64,000 nucleotides of DNA from Lytechinus pictus (Eukaryota): the NCBI RefSeq assembly GCF_037042905.1, contig NW_026974141.1, positions 6,572,001 to 6,636,000 on the forward strand, written 5' to 3'. Positions 1 to 12,995 of the stretch are shown one piece after another; the stretch's first letter is position 1, and every line of letters starts with the position of its first letter. The notes beneath the pieces are model-generated. The model did not search any database and was not told the DNA's origin. It saw only the letters and a program-made list of their open reading frames with translations. The translations under genes and the position numbers were made by a program.

Positions 1-337
1 ATATCACAGTTTTGTTCACGTAAACTTGCTTAGAATACCACAAAGAGTTTCTATGCCAAAAATTAGAACATTTGGATCTTTATTTAGGAAGTTAGAGGAA
101 AAAGTATGATTTCGCATACTAATTACGCATAAATTAGCATAATTACCTAATAACAATTTGCATGAAATAAATTACAATACAATTTTGTAGATTATATCCC
201 AAACAACCTGCGTGCCAATTTTTGGCGCGATCGCGCGGTCGATGGCCGAGATCTCAAGGGGGGGGGGGGGGGCCTGGGAGCCCCCCCCCCCCCCCCCCCG
301 CCATATGAACTCCCAAAATACCCCGGCCTAGATAGGG
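1..337. mobile_element. Right end of a piggyBac-like non-autonomous DNA transposon
   Basis: Ends ...CCCCGGCCTAGATAGGG followed directly by TTAA (338-341). CCC/GGG termini with TTAA are typical of piggyBac. The left end lies outside the window. Confidence 0.6.
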
Positions 338-415
338 TTAAGGGATTGGAAAACGTCAGTACGGTGCTGCTAAGCGACAGCCGGGCGCACGATCAATTCA
401 GAAAAATAAATAAGC
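338..415 (+). mobile_element. 3' part of a tRNA-derived SINE (same family as 3345-4001 and 32839-33102)
   Basis: ttaagggattggaaaac...acggtgctgctaag...gccggg...acgatcaattcagaaaa aligns by eye with 3929-4000. Confidence 0.7.
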
Positions 416-1599
416 ATACAGTATGGATTATTCATATTATTGGAGTACAGTTAACAGTTAAAAGATTGTTATATATATAGATACATACATAAACATGAAC
501 CTATCTTGGTGGTGACAGTGAATTACTGCTTATCACGATTTTATTTTTGATGGATGTTTTAATGGTGTTGGTTGTGACATATATTTCCGTAGAACAGTAA
601 ATAAAGTTATGTCGAATATTCAAAGAAATAGGAGCTCTATCAGTTTATAACAGAGTAGTTGATTAAGTAATAAAATAGGATATAAACTTCAAAATTCTGT
701 GTGAAAACTCGTAGTTGAGCAGAAGCGTTGAAAAGTTGACTTGTCTGCAAAAGTTCGATCTACTAGGTGCATTGAGTTGTTCGACCTGAACTTGGAATGA
801 TGAAATAGGCCTGCCGTGTACATCGAAGAGTGGAAACGAAGAGATGAATCATCGATATCAGGACCAAAACTCGTCAATGTTGAGGGTCTCAGTGGAGCCC
901 GATAGATATCAGGAAAATGAAGTAAGTAAAAAGTCAGCTAAAACAGGAGTCCATTTCTCCTCTACAAAAAGAAGGCCCAGACAGTATCAGTGAGGTATAC
1001 GCTGTTGGGTGCTAAGCCGACGATCTCAGAGGATATTGGTTCAAATCCCCATAGAAAAAGATGCAACCAAAATCTAACACAGACGACTCTGCTGAAGTAT
1101 CAGCAACCAGGTTTTTTTTAAGTCTGGTATCGTTAATTTTGAATGCACGAAACCGCCCTTACAGGGCGAGATCTAATTGGTCATTTTGCGTAACCAAGAA
1201 AAACATTATTTACATATTTTTACTAAGTCCGTGTCTCTTAGGGTTCAACACGTATTGGAAATGCTTTCTTTTGAAATTCATCTGCTGTTCGGGAAATACT
1301 GTCTTTAATAATAACAGGTGGAAATTTCTTTGCGTCCAACTAAAAAAATCAAAATTGCTTTTGATTCTTCTTTTTTTACAGTATCACAAATTTCAGGCTT
1401 CTTTGATATCCTAAAATAAACTCAGAAATTGTCACTACAAAACAATGACGATGGTTATATCAAGGAGAAAAAAATGCCGAAAGCGGATATTGTAGTGTAG
1501 GGGAAGATGGTGGAACAAGTTGACAGTTTTTTAGGCCTATATTGAGGTCTTCAAAACAACCCCCTCCCCCGAAAAAAAAACGACAATTGCAAACGAGAA

Positions 1600-2070
1600 A
1601 TTTGGATAAGGATCTGCCAGGCATTTTTTTTTTCACAAAACTCTACAAACTTCTCACCAACAGGGATATAAGTTGTAGCACACGATTACGCCAAAAAAAA
1701 ATGCTATGTTTTATCAGGGTTCATATACGGCTGTGAGACATGTGCTTTAAATTCAATTATGGAAAGAAAGCAGAGACCTTTAAAATGCAGTCTTATTGTA
1801 GAATGTGCCGAATATCATGGAAACAAGTGATGATGTCTCGAAACTGATGGTTCTTACACAGGAGGAATGAAGAAACGCATTTTATCAGGCCATACCTGAG
1901 GAGACAAATCTTTGCAATGGAGGGGAAAAATAGAGGCAGAAGAAGAGAAAGTTGAAAAGGGAAAATGTGGCTTGGAAGTATTGAAAAGATGACGGGCAGA
2001 GCAATAAATGAATGCTGTCATATTGCCCTCGAGAGAGGCATATGAAAAAATGTGCGCATCCAACCTCTTT
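1600..2070 (+). mobile_element. Degenerate RTE-clade LINE, 3' fragment
   Basis: Frameshifted translation gives LLTNRDISCSTRLR...GFIYGCET...YCRMCRISWKQ...EGKIE, matching the RTE post-RT motif YGCETW...CYRRMLRISW. Confidence 0.7.
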
Positions 2071-2949
2071 ATAGAGAAGGATCTAATTCAGCGGTGGGGG
2101 TATTAAGGTACTCCATCAACATGCAGATTTCGCGACGATTACAATCGTAACGTCGACATGCGCGGAGCTACCACTTCTGGAGGTCTACATGTCCATGATT
2201 ATACCGGCGTCCATTATGATCTCCGCAAAGGCTGTGGTAAATTGGCCAAAATTATTTCCACGACTAGGCGTGTAGACACAGGGTCGTAGTAAGGTAAAAA
2301 AATATATAAATGGAATGCAATACAGTGCCATAAAAATGTCACCCCGACTTGAACATTACGTCAGAACATGGTTAAAGTCATCCTATATCTCCCAATCAAA
2401 GCAAATATTGTTAGCAGTCTGGATTTTAGATTGAGGATTCTCATAGTGTGTCTCGACATATCGCAGAGATGAATTACTTGGTGTACAATTCATTGTGGAC
2501 GGTTGAATATGGTTGACTGATTGGTTGCCTTTCATTTAGGCACGATTACAATACATAAATAGACACCGGACTGCTTTCCGTTGAGGCCGTATGTTTTTAA
2601 TGTGTTTTTTTCTTTTGGGGGGGGGGGGGGAACAGGCGAATGTCGAACGTGCACTGCTTAATTTGCGCTATGGATTAATTTGCAATATAAACATGTTGGT
2701 TTATTTAATATCCGAAATGCTCAGGAATCTCAATTCATACTGGTGAGCAGGACTTTTCCTCTGAACATTGCGTTACGATACAATATCTATACAAAAACGA
2801 TGGCAAATAAATACACACAACACGTGCCTAAGATTATCGCCAGCCTCATTAAAATGTGGACAATTGCAAGACTTATTATAAAGAATCGATTATGGTATAT
2901 CGATAGGCCAAAAAAAAAAAAAACAGGGAACAAAAAGAAAGTGCATTCC

Positions 2950-3160
2950 CTAACCTGGTTTGTGGCATCTGACGAATGCTTGGTATTTCAGTGACTCTGT
3001 AGAATACGTGCAATTTCGGTTATAAAGCGTATAATACCATAAGTGCAGCTATACACATGCGTCATACTCCCCGAGCTGCTATATTCAAGCACATACATCA
3101 TATATCTCTATCAACTGGAGTATTGCGAAACCAGCGATATATTATTTGTCGGAGAAATGT
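2950..3160 (-). pseudogene. Cassette 1: degenerate Cys-rich (SRCR-like?) exon with phase-1 donor
   Basis: EYSSSGSMTHVYSCTYGIIRF/frameshift/YNRNCTYSTESLKYQAFVRCHKPG. Donor G|GTTAG; last exon base 2955. Confidence 0.7.
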
Positions 3161-3344
3161 GGTTCACTACTTCAATTTAAGTTTAAAACAAGAAATACGT
3201 TCGTGGTGTAATTGCGACGTTCTTTTTTTTTTTGGTGTTGCTACTTTGTTGTTTTGTAATCAATTAAAACTAATATAGTGCAATCTGGCCGTGAATAATA
3301 GTAAGATTATACAATATGACGTTATGATACGCAATTATATATTA

Positions 3345-4001
3345 TCGGTGTGTTGGTTCAGTTAGCAGGGCGTTTATCGCACAACCGGAAGGTCGGCAGT
3401 CGATGCCCCATCTGCGTAAGACGAAACATCGTTTAAAATGGGGGTTGCTGCTTCCCTGTTTGGCATTGAACGATTTAAGCAGGGTGCTACATAACTTTTT
3501 AGAAGCGCTTGCGCGCTCGGGCAAGTAAATGTTTAAATAGTTGGAATATACTTGCCCAAAAATCTATTTCACTTGCCCGAAAAAATCATTGAAAAAAAAG
3601 GTTTACCTCTTCAAAAGAAAGTGTTGCGGTTTTATAAACCATCTGATACATCCCTCTTACATCTTTTGACATGAACTGATCTACCTTGTTATTGCATTTC
3701 TTTTCCAAATTGATTTTATCTTGCCTGTCATGACCAAAATTAGTGTTAATATCATAGCATATCGACCCTAATTTTGGTAATTCTACTGTGAGAATTTTAT
3801 TTTGTACTGTGTGAATTTTGCTTGTTCAATTCGAGCAAGTAGTTTTGGTCTTTACTACAAACACTTGCCCGACTCTAACTTTTACTTGCCCCGGGCAATC
3901 GCGCAAGTGCTTATGTAGCACCCTGGATTTAAGGGATTGGAAAACAGCATTACGGTGCTGCTAAGTGGCTGCCGGGCCAACGATCAATTTAGAAAAAAAA
4001 A
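3345..4001 (+). mobile_element. tRNA-derived SINE interrupted by a hAT MITE
   Basis: A-box-like ggtgtgttggttcagttagc head; body matches the uninterrupted copy at 32839; A-rich tail. Confidence 0.75.
3480..3925. mobile_element. hAT-type MITE
   Basis: Perfect 15-bp TIR CAGGGTGCTACATAA; perfect 8-bp TSD GATTTAAG (3472-3479 and 3926-3933). Confidence 0.92.
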
Positions 4002-4650
4002 ATGAATGAACAATGCAATATGGATTTGCAGTACAATTACCAGTTAAACGATTGTTATGTTCAATGATATTAACGGCGGCTTCTGGCCCTAAATTGCAAC
4101 AGTAACATCCAGATTTTCAGAATGAGATCGAAAGTCTGATCTTTGCGCCATTTCAGAGATAAACATAAACTTTAGAACAGTTGGCGAATAGTTTGCTAAT
4201 GCAGATCTGGCCTGTGGCAGTAGAAGCGTAAATCTGATCCGAGAAGAGTGGGGTGGTAAAAATAATAGATTTAGGTGAAATGTTACAAATTTCGAGGCAA
4301 TCCCATATCAAGCATCAATGCAATGTATATGGGTATGCATAAACATGAACAGATTATAATGTAAGTCAATGTTGGTGATTACAATGAATTACTGCTTATC
4401 ACGGTTTTATTTTCGATGGATGTTTTAATGGTGTTAATTGTGACATATATTTCTTTAGAACAGTTTTGGCTAACCATGCATCCGAGCTAATTAACCGAGA
4501 AAATGTTAATATGTAGGAAGACCGAAATTCAATCCAAAGCAATAAAATGGTTCCAAATGAGATGGCAAAGGAAGGCGGTGTCATCATAATTAGCAGGAAT
4601 AAAGGTACCTTCAGAAATGAATATGGAATCACAACCAAAATATAAACTTC

Positions 4651-7600
4651 TAGTGGAGCGGTTATGTGACAAAAAAATGGCCAAGATGCTCGGATCTGGC
4701 AGAAAGTGTGAAATTTGGCATACAGGGGTATTTTTGGGCGCTGATTTAAAAAATCGCCGGCCCCAAGCAATTTGACCATCGGGTCGGCCGCCATTTTGAA
4801 ATCCAAGATGGCCGCCATGAAAAATCATAAAAATTTCATTTTCTTGAGTTTTACATGGCATGTGACACTGAAATTTGGCATATAGGGATATTTTGAGGCA
4901 CTGATTTCAAATATTGCCGGCTCCCAGCAATTTGACCTCCAGGTCAGCGGCAAAATGGCCGCCATCTTGAAATCAAAGATGGCCGCCATGATATATTATT
5001 GCAATCATTTTCTCAAGTTTTATATGAACTGCGGTATTGAAATTTGGCATATAGGCTTAATTTGGGGTGCTAATTTCAAATATTGCCGGCCCCAAGTAAT
5101 TTGACCATCGGGTCGGCCGCCATTTTGAAATCCAAGATGGCCGCCATGAGAAATCATTTATGTCATTTTCTTGAGTTTTACATGACGTGTGACACTGAAA
5201 TTTGGTATATAGGGGTACTTTTAGGCACTGATTTCAAATATTGCCAGCCCCCAGCAATTTGACCATTTGGTCGGCTGCAAAATGGCCGCCATCTTGAAAT
5301 CCAAGATGGCCACCATGAAAAATCATTAATGTCATTTTCTTGAGTTTTAAATGATATGTGACACTGAAATTTGGCATATAGGGGTATTTTGAGGAACTGA
5401 TTTCAAATATTGCTGGCCCCCAGCAATTTGACCATTTGATCGGCGGCAAAATGGCCGCCATCTTGAAATCCAAGATGGCCGCCATGATATATTATTGCAA
5501 ACATTTTCTCGAGTTTTAAATGAACTGCGGTATTGAAATTTGGCATATAAGCTTAATTTGGGGTGCTGATTTCAAACATTGCCGGCCCCAAGCGATTTGA
5601 CCATCGGGTCAGCCGCCATCTTGAAATCCAAGATGGCCACCACGAAAAATCATTAATGTCATTTTCTTGAGTTTTAAATGATATGTGACACTGAAATTTG
5701 GAATATAGGGGTATTTTGAGGCACTGATTTCAAATATTGCCGGCCCCCAGCAATTTGTCATCCAGGTCAGCGGCAAAACGGCCGCCATCTTAAAATCCAA
5801 GATAGCCGCCATGAAATATCGTTGCAATAATTTTCTCTAGTTTCGTATGAGCTATGGTATTGAAATTTAGCATATACAGTGTAGGTGTAGTTTAGTCTTA
5901 CCCCCAGGTCAGCTGACATCTTGAAATCTAAGATGGCCGCCATGAAAATCACAAAAAAAATAAAAATCTTGAACTTTACATGTGCTCTTAACTTTGGCAA
6001 GTAGAGTACCTATTTTGGGGTGCTGATTTCAAATATTGCCAGCCCCAAGTGATCTGACCATCAGTTCAGCGGCAGGATGGCTGCCATGAAAAACCATATC
6101 AAATAATTTTCTTGTATTTTACATTACATATGACACCAAAATTTGGCATACAGAAGTACGTGGCACTGATTTTTGCCGGTCACCAGCAATGCAACCACCG
6201 GGTTTCGGCAAAATAACCGCCATGAATTAAAAGCAATGATAATTGTCTTGAGTTTTATATGAACTCTGGCCCTGAAAGTTGTCATATAGTCATATATGTA
6301 GGCCCTGATTATTGTCAGACCCCTGTTTGGTTGCCATTTTGAAATACAAGATGGCCGCCATGAAAGATAATTTGCTCAAGTCTTACGTATGGGCTGTAAC
6401 ACTTTGTATTTGGAGAAAAACTTGATCTTTGCATCCTTGATCACTGAAAAAAAAAACAATAAATAGATGCTATTTTGAATTCCAATATGGCTACCAAGTT
6501 TGAATGATGCACAACGTTACAATGGGGAGTAAAAAAAAATAATAACTCAAGAAAATGATTTTAATGAATTTTCATGACAGTCGATCCTCTCTAGATTTCA
6601 AGATGGTGGCCATTTTGCAGCATATCTATTTGACAGATTACTGGGGGGAAATTTCAATACCCCAAGATGCCAAATTTCAAAATAATAACTACGTTATAAT
6701 TATGACAATTGATATTTTTTAATGATTTTTTATGGCAGCCATCTTGTATTTCAAAATGGCTGCCATTTTGCAGCAAAGGTATCACGGGCCTGAAACATTT
6801 TCCATAGACTCGTGTGTTAAAGAGGCGTTCAAAAAAAAATAAGGATGAAATTCGAGAATTGAATGTTTACTACTAGTAGATAGGATATATGTCTGACATT
6901 CCATATCTGACCAGAAAAGGGTACATCGACGAGCTCATTTTAAAAATAAATCGGCATTTATGAAGATTACACCTGACTGGATCAAATTCATCACTTGACG
7001 CAGTAAAATGGCAATACTTCTTCCGCCAGTATAAGACTAGTTCCAAAGTGGTGATATATCTTCCACAAAAAAAAAAAGGAAGTTCAGTAAAGTTACCCTT
7101 TCAGTGTTAGATTATCAATCATATTCATTCATTTTTGTCAATCAGCAATATCAAAATTAAAAATTGAGAATTATTGGGTTGGCTCGAATTAATATATTTG
7201 GCCTGCCAGTTGTAATTACGCCCGTATAACCCTGACTCAGGGGATCAGATCGCTGAGGGGCCGCAATATTTGAAATAAGCTCCCCACACTACTTCTATAT
7301 TTCAAATGGCAATACCGCAGATCACATAAAACTCAACAAAATAATTGCAATATTTATATGGCAGCCAGCTTGGAATTCAAGATGACGGCCATTTTTCCGC
7401 CGACCAATTGTCAGATTGCTTGGAGCCAGCAAGTTTTTAAATGAACTCACCCAGGTACCGATATGCTACACATTTCAGTGGCACATATTATGTAAAATTT
7501 AAGAAAATGAGTTCAATGATTTTCATGGCGGCCATCTTGGATTTCAAATGGCGGCTGACCCGATGGTCAAATCGCTTGAGGCCAGCAATATTTGAAATCA

Positions 7601-8981
7601 GCACCCCAAAGTAAGCCTATATGCCAAATTTCAATACTGCAGTTCATATAAAACTCGAGAAAATGATTGCAATAATATATAACGGCGGCCATCTTGGATT
7701 TCAAGATGGCGGCCATTTTGCAGCCGACTAAATGGTCAAATTGCTGGGGGCTGGCAATATTTGAAATCAGTGCCTAAAAATACCCCAACAAAAGGCATAC
7801 CAAATTTCAGTGTCACATGTCATGTAAAACTCAAGAAAATGACATTAATGATTTCTCATGGCGGCCATATTGGATTTCAAAATGGCGGCCGACCCGATGG
7901 TCAAATTACTTGGGGCCGGCAATATTTGAAATCAGCACCCTTATTTAAGCCTATGTGCCAAATTTCAATACCGCAGTTCATATAAAACTCGAGAAAATGA
8001 TTGCAATAATATATCATGGCGGCCATCTTGGATTTCAAGATGGCGGCCATTTTGCCGCTGACCAAATGGTCAAATTGCTGGGGGCCAGCAATATTTGAAA
8101 TCAGTGCCTAAAAATATCCCAATAGGCCAAATTTCAGTGTCACATGCCATGTAAAACTCAAAAAATGACATTTAATGATTGGTCACGGCGGCCATCTTGG
8201 ATTTCAAAATGGCGGCCGACCCGATGGTCAAATCGCTTGGGGCCGGCAATTTTTGAAATCAGCACCCCAAATTAAGCCTATTTGCAAAATTTCAATACCG
8301 CAGTTCATATAAAACTCGAGAAAATGATTGCAATAATATATCATGGCGGCCATCTTGGATTTCAAGATGGCGGCAATTTTTCCGCTTACCAAATGGTCAA
8401 ATTGCTGGGGGCCGGCAATATTTGAAATCAGTGCCTAAAAATACCCCTATATACCAAAGTTCATTGTCGCATGTCATGTAAAACTCAAGATTTTTCATGG
8501 CGGCCATCTTGGATTTCAAAATGGCGGCCGACCCGATTGTCAAATCGCTCGGGGCCGGCAATTTTTGAAATCAGCACCCCAAATTAAGCCTATTTGCAAA
8601 ATTTCAATACCGCAGTTCATATAAAACTTGAGAAAATGATTGCAATAATATATCATGGCGGCCATCTTGGATTTCAAGATGGCGGCCATTTTGCCGCTGA
8701 CCAAATGGTCAAATTGCTGGGGGCCGGCAATATTTGAAATCAGTGCCTAAAAATACCCCTATATGCCAAATTTCAGTGTCACATGCCATGTAAAACTCAA
8801 GAAAATGACATTTAATAATTGGTCACGGCGGCCATCTTGGATTTCGAAATGGCGGCCGACTCGATGGTCAAATCGCTTGGGGCCGGCAATTTTTGAAATC
8901 AGCGCCCAAAAATACCCCTGTATGCCAAATTTCACACTTTCTGCCAGATTCGAGCATCTTTTTCACATATCTACTGGACTA
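4651..8981. mobile_element. 4.3-kb foldback non-autonomous DNA transposon, Academ-like
   Basis: TAGT...ACTA termini and 3-bp TTC flanks. Long inverted arms (about 4651-6400 and 7230-8981) are built from alternating ~120-130-bp subrepeats containing AAGATGGCCGCCAT. TAG termini, a 3-bp TSD and long TIRs fit Academ. No transposase is visible. Confidence 0.7.
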
Positions 8982-9793
8982 TTCCCAAAGCGTGGGAAAT
9001 AGCACATCAAAATACCGAAAAAGGGAATAATTACATATAATAATAAATTAATTTTCTAAAGCCCACTTTCCATTCATCCGATGCATGTATTGGTTTTATG
9101 CACCTGCCCTCCACGAGCCAGCCACTGCATCGTGGTATGTTATGTGATAAGATAAAGGTTGAGGGAGTACATCATACCCATTCCCTATGGGAAACCCTAA
9201 TTCCTGCAACCATGCTGATATCAAACATTATTGATCCACCCTTTCCTTTGTAAACTGCAGAGGACACTTTATCGATGTCGCAAGACGTCGGCACTACACA
9301 AGAAAGTGACAGTCACCTGTCAAAATCCCAATCCGATTGGTGTAGAAGATGGGAGCAGGGGGGCTATGTTACTTCCGACCGTGGGAAAAATCCTCGCATC
9401 TCACTGGACAGCTAACGCCTACCTCAAGGTGGACATCACCAAGCAAATAAGGTGCTGAACCACCGCAGCTTGCCCGCTCAATGTTAGATACTAGATCCTG
9501 ACAAGTGAGCTGAAAATCCTGCAGTAGGCATCGGAAGACCATACCTCCGTTTCAAGACACCAACACACGTGACATGAATCTTACCAGCATAGACACTAAT
9601 GATTATGAAAGATGTAGATGATAGTCCTCATCTATGGAGAGCTATTGTTAGTGTGGGTGCTAGGAAGGTGCAAATTGCCTGGAATGCTCAGCTCATCTGG
9701 CAGACCAAAGAGCTGAGAGGAAGGCGATGGCAGCATCTTTATTCCCATTAGTGCCAGTGCCATCCTCCTTAATTTGTACGAATTGGTCTAGAG

Positions 9794-10516
9794 CAGCTTT
9801 TCTCAACTTTTTTTTTTTTTACTCAAGGACCACTTTGACTCTCATATTTTTGTTCGGGCCCACCGACCAAAGCTTTAAGAAAGTGGCATTACTACTTGTC
9901 TCGACTCAACGATACACATTGATAATAATGAGCATAGTGCGTAACTTTCACTAGCCTCCAAACATACAACCATGACAACATAATTATCAAGAATACTGAA
10001 TACCTTCAACTTTCGACACACATTGTTTTTTATTTTGCAGCACTGCCAGTCATAATGAATCAAAATTTAATGTATTCAGGGTCATATTTTTTTAAAATTA
10101 CCTTCTGTGACTTTTCAACAGTAAGTTTGTTTCCTCCCCCTCCCTTTCGCTAAAAAAAACCCCGGTCCATTTTGATAAAAGCATGTTTTGTGAAATTAGA
10201 AAAATAGGCACATTCGAAATACACAGTTTGAGAACTAGCTTACTGCTTTCGTAAAGGTCCGGTATATGGGCGAAAAATAACTACCTACACAACATGTCTA
10301 AAATTAATTTGTATGCATATTGCAACATGCATGCTACATAAGCCTGCTTTAGCTTTGTTTGACCCACCTAGACCGATCGAACAAACATGTAACATGTTCT
10401 GATTGGTCTGAGAAATATACAATGTACTATAGTTTTTCCCCTATTTTTTTTCTTCCTCTGGAGCTTCTCGCGGCCCACCTGAGAAAGGTTTGCGGCCCAC
10501 CAGTTGAGAAGCGCTG
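9794..10516. mobile_element. hAT-Charlie-type non-autonomous element
   Basis: TIR CAGCTTTTCTCAAC / GTTGAGAAGCGCTG; flanks GTCTAGAG / CTCTAGAC match the Charlie NTCTAGAN target. Confidence 0.8.
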
Positions 10517-10842
10517 CTCTAGACAGTGCAGTCACTCTAGAAAATGTAAGACTTAGCGCTACACCATGTTTTTTTGTTCTTGTTTTGTTTGTTTGACGAA
10601 TGGATGCCGGCTGGATAGGTAGGGGGGGGGGTTCCTACAGTCGCCTGTCAGACAGTGCGAAAATAAAAAATTATGCAAGTGTGATATTTAGGATGTCCCT
10701 CCTTATTGACGAAGTAACTAGTAAATGCAAATAAAGTGACATCAATGGAAAGTGATACATATGTAGTGATATTCTTAACAAACTATATGTCTCATTATCA
10801 CTTCCTTTGTGATTCGAAATAGGCTCGAAACAACAAATTTCC

Positions 10843-11050
10843 CTAACCTGGTTTGTGGCATCCAACGAATGCTTGGTATTTCCATGAGTTTGTAGAAAAT
10901 AAACAGTTTCAGCTGTTTGTAACATGGTAATTGTAATTGTACACCCACGTCATACTGGTCGAGCTGCTATATTTAATCCAATCCTTAAGACGTAACGCCC
11001 ACGACTCAAGTGACAACATGTTTGCATATACTGTTGGTTGGACAAATTTC
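10843..11050 (-). pseudogene. Cassette 2: degenerate Cys-rich exon
   Basis: LSNQQYMQTCCH.../KDWIKYSSSTSMTWVYNYNYHVTNS*NCLFSTNSWKYQAFVGCHKPG|GTTAG. The stop is a CGA>TGA change; last exon base 10848. Confidence 0.7.
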
Positions 11051-11889
11051 TATTGAGTAACAGATGGAACGTCTTGGCAGTTTCAATTGCGCAACGCAAG
11101 AATAAAACACGCCACCAATGATGTAAACGCTTTTTTGACAGACCTGACAAATCTCTATCGACCATTAAAAATAGCCATGAGAAAACACCCCCCCCCCTGA
11201 GAAACTGACTATTAACATGCTGCTTCTGAAATTTGTCATAGCGTTTACAAATAAGTGTACGAAATATTTAAGCTTTATTTCAGAAAATGCTTATGCATGG
11301 TCCCCTCGGAAAATGTATGCGTACCGCAATCTACTAATTTGCTTGCCCTTTTATGTCGCCAATTGTGCAGAATTATAAAAGAAAAGAAAAACAAAGTGTC
11401 CTATACACACCAATAAACATGGGTGTAAAACCGGTGCACATTTTCGGGGGGAAATGTTCAGAGCCGTTTCCCACATGATAATTGCCATTTTTTACCTTTT
11501 ACTCTCTTTGCGCATATGCATTCTCGTGGTGGGTGGCGGGATTGCAAGTATGTTGGCACCATGCACAGTCTAGGTTGCTAGCTCTCATCCTCCATCCTTA
11601 TCAAAATGCTCACAGGGCAGTGGCGAAATTTGTATGCATAAAGTGTGGGTTATTGGGTCAAAATATGTTTTTAAATTACAATAAATTTAACTTGTAAATA
11701 AATAAATTGTCATTATTATTAGTAGTAGAAATAGTAGTAGTAGTAGTAATTTGATTGAATGAAAGTGGTTTATATCAACAGTTCAAACCTGACCTGTACT
11801 CGAGGTCTGCAGCTTTTTGTACTTCTTATCAGACGCTAACCTGTTTATATTCAGTAAATTGCTTGGTCTTTTCTTGTAAGATTTTATTG

Positions 11890-12100
11890 ACTAAAACTAA
11901 ACATTCAGTATACAAATAATACACGTAAGCGCGTGCATGCAGGGCCAAATAATGAAGGATGTGCGAGAAGACACAATGGATATACCGCACCGAGGTCCGC
12001 AGGGCCAAGTGCGGTATATCCATTCGGCGAGTCGAGCACAGAGTTCATTATTTAGGTCCTCTATGCACAAGAATGCGTGCATTGTTTGTTTTATACAACC
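11890..12100. repeat. Imperfect palindrome, probably the core of a hairpin-type MITE
   Basis: GGATATACCGCAC...GTGCGGTATATCC at the centre, with extended arms (aaataatgaa/ttcattattt). Confidence 0.55.
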
Positions 12101-12995
12101 CCCTCCTCCCATATGTTACTGAGTTGCCCCGAATGCTGTATTTGATCTAAATTCTAGATAATTCTAGATAATCCCAGACCTCGCAATATCCTGCACTCTG
12201 ATGTCAGAGTGCAGGATAGTACTTTTGGATGCAATAGTGCGATTCGCTGAATATCATGTGATCCGATTTGGACCAATCAGATTACAGAACATTCTTGAGA
12301 GTTGTATAATACTCAATGTACACGCAATGATATACAAGTGAACTGCACGCTGTGGCGTATGGCGTCACTTACTCTGTCCAGCAACGTGCGGCAGATGCTG
12401 TGCCACAATAACACGTTTTTCGAAGGATCCTCAAAGTGCAGCCTGACCAGCAGTGCCAAAAGTCTGATGTCTTGTTTATGTGTATAGGTCTATGAGTGTG
12501 CGACTTGTATACGTGCAATGTCTGTAAAATTGTACTTTGAATTGCAGAAATTGCACCGGCAAGGTGTAGCCTCATATATGCATATACCTATGCAGCTGCA
12601 GCACCTCCGATGTATAATCTTGCACCCCATATCTACATAAAATATGGATGAATATCCTGATGTTGGGCTTCTTAAAAATGAAACGAAATATTATTTTATT
12701 CAGATATTTAACTGAAATGAACTCAAAATATGTTCCACTGCCCGTTAAGTTTTACTAGTTATATTGAAGGGCGCCGCTCTGTGGCGACCAACAACTGGGA
12801 TTTTTGTCCGTGTTTTTATGTCTAATTTGTCATATTTTCTGTCCTGCCGTATGATATTTGCTCATTCTATCTTCTAGAAAGATGGCTTGGATATCCAGCA
12901 GAAGTTTCATACTACTTTAATTTGTATTTGTGGTGCTCTCGATTGATTATGGATTTTGAATCGACTCAATTACTTGGACATACCCTAACAGTATT

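Noticed and set aside
600-1400. Possible coding or LINE fragment
   Set aside because: It looks like decayed coding sequence, but I could not recognise a diagnostic motif.
4399-9002. MAAILDFKMAA-type ORFs as proteins
   Set aside because: These are translations of the foldback subrepeats and occur on both strands in short broken frames.
10671-10925. PKD-like reading NTKHSLDATNQV of the conserved block
   Set aside because: That frame has a stop immediately upstream in several copies and lacks the synonymous-change pattern.
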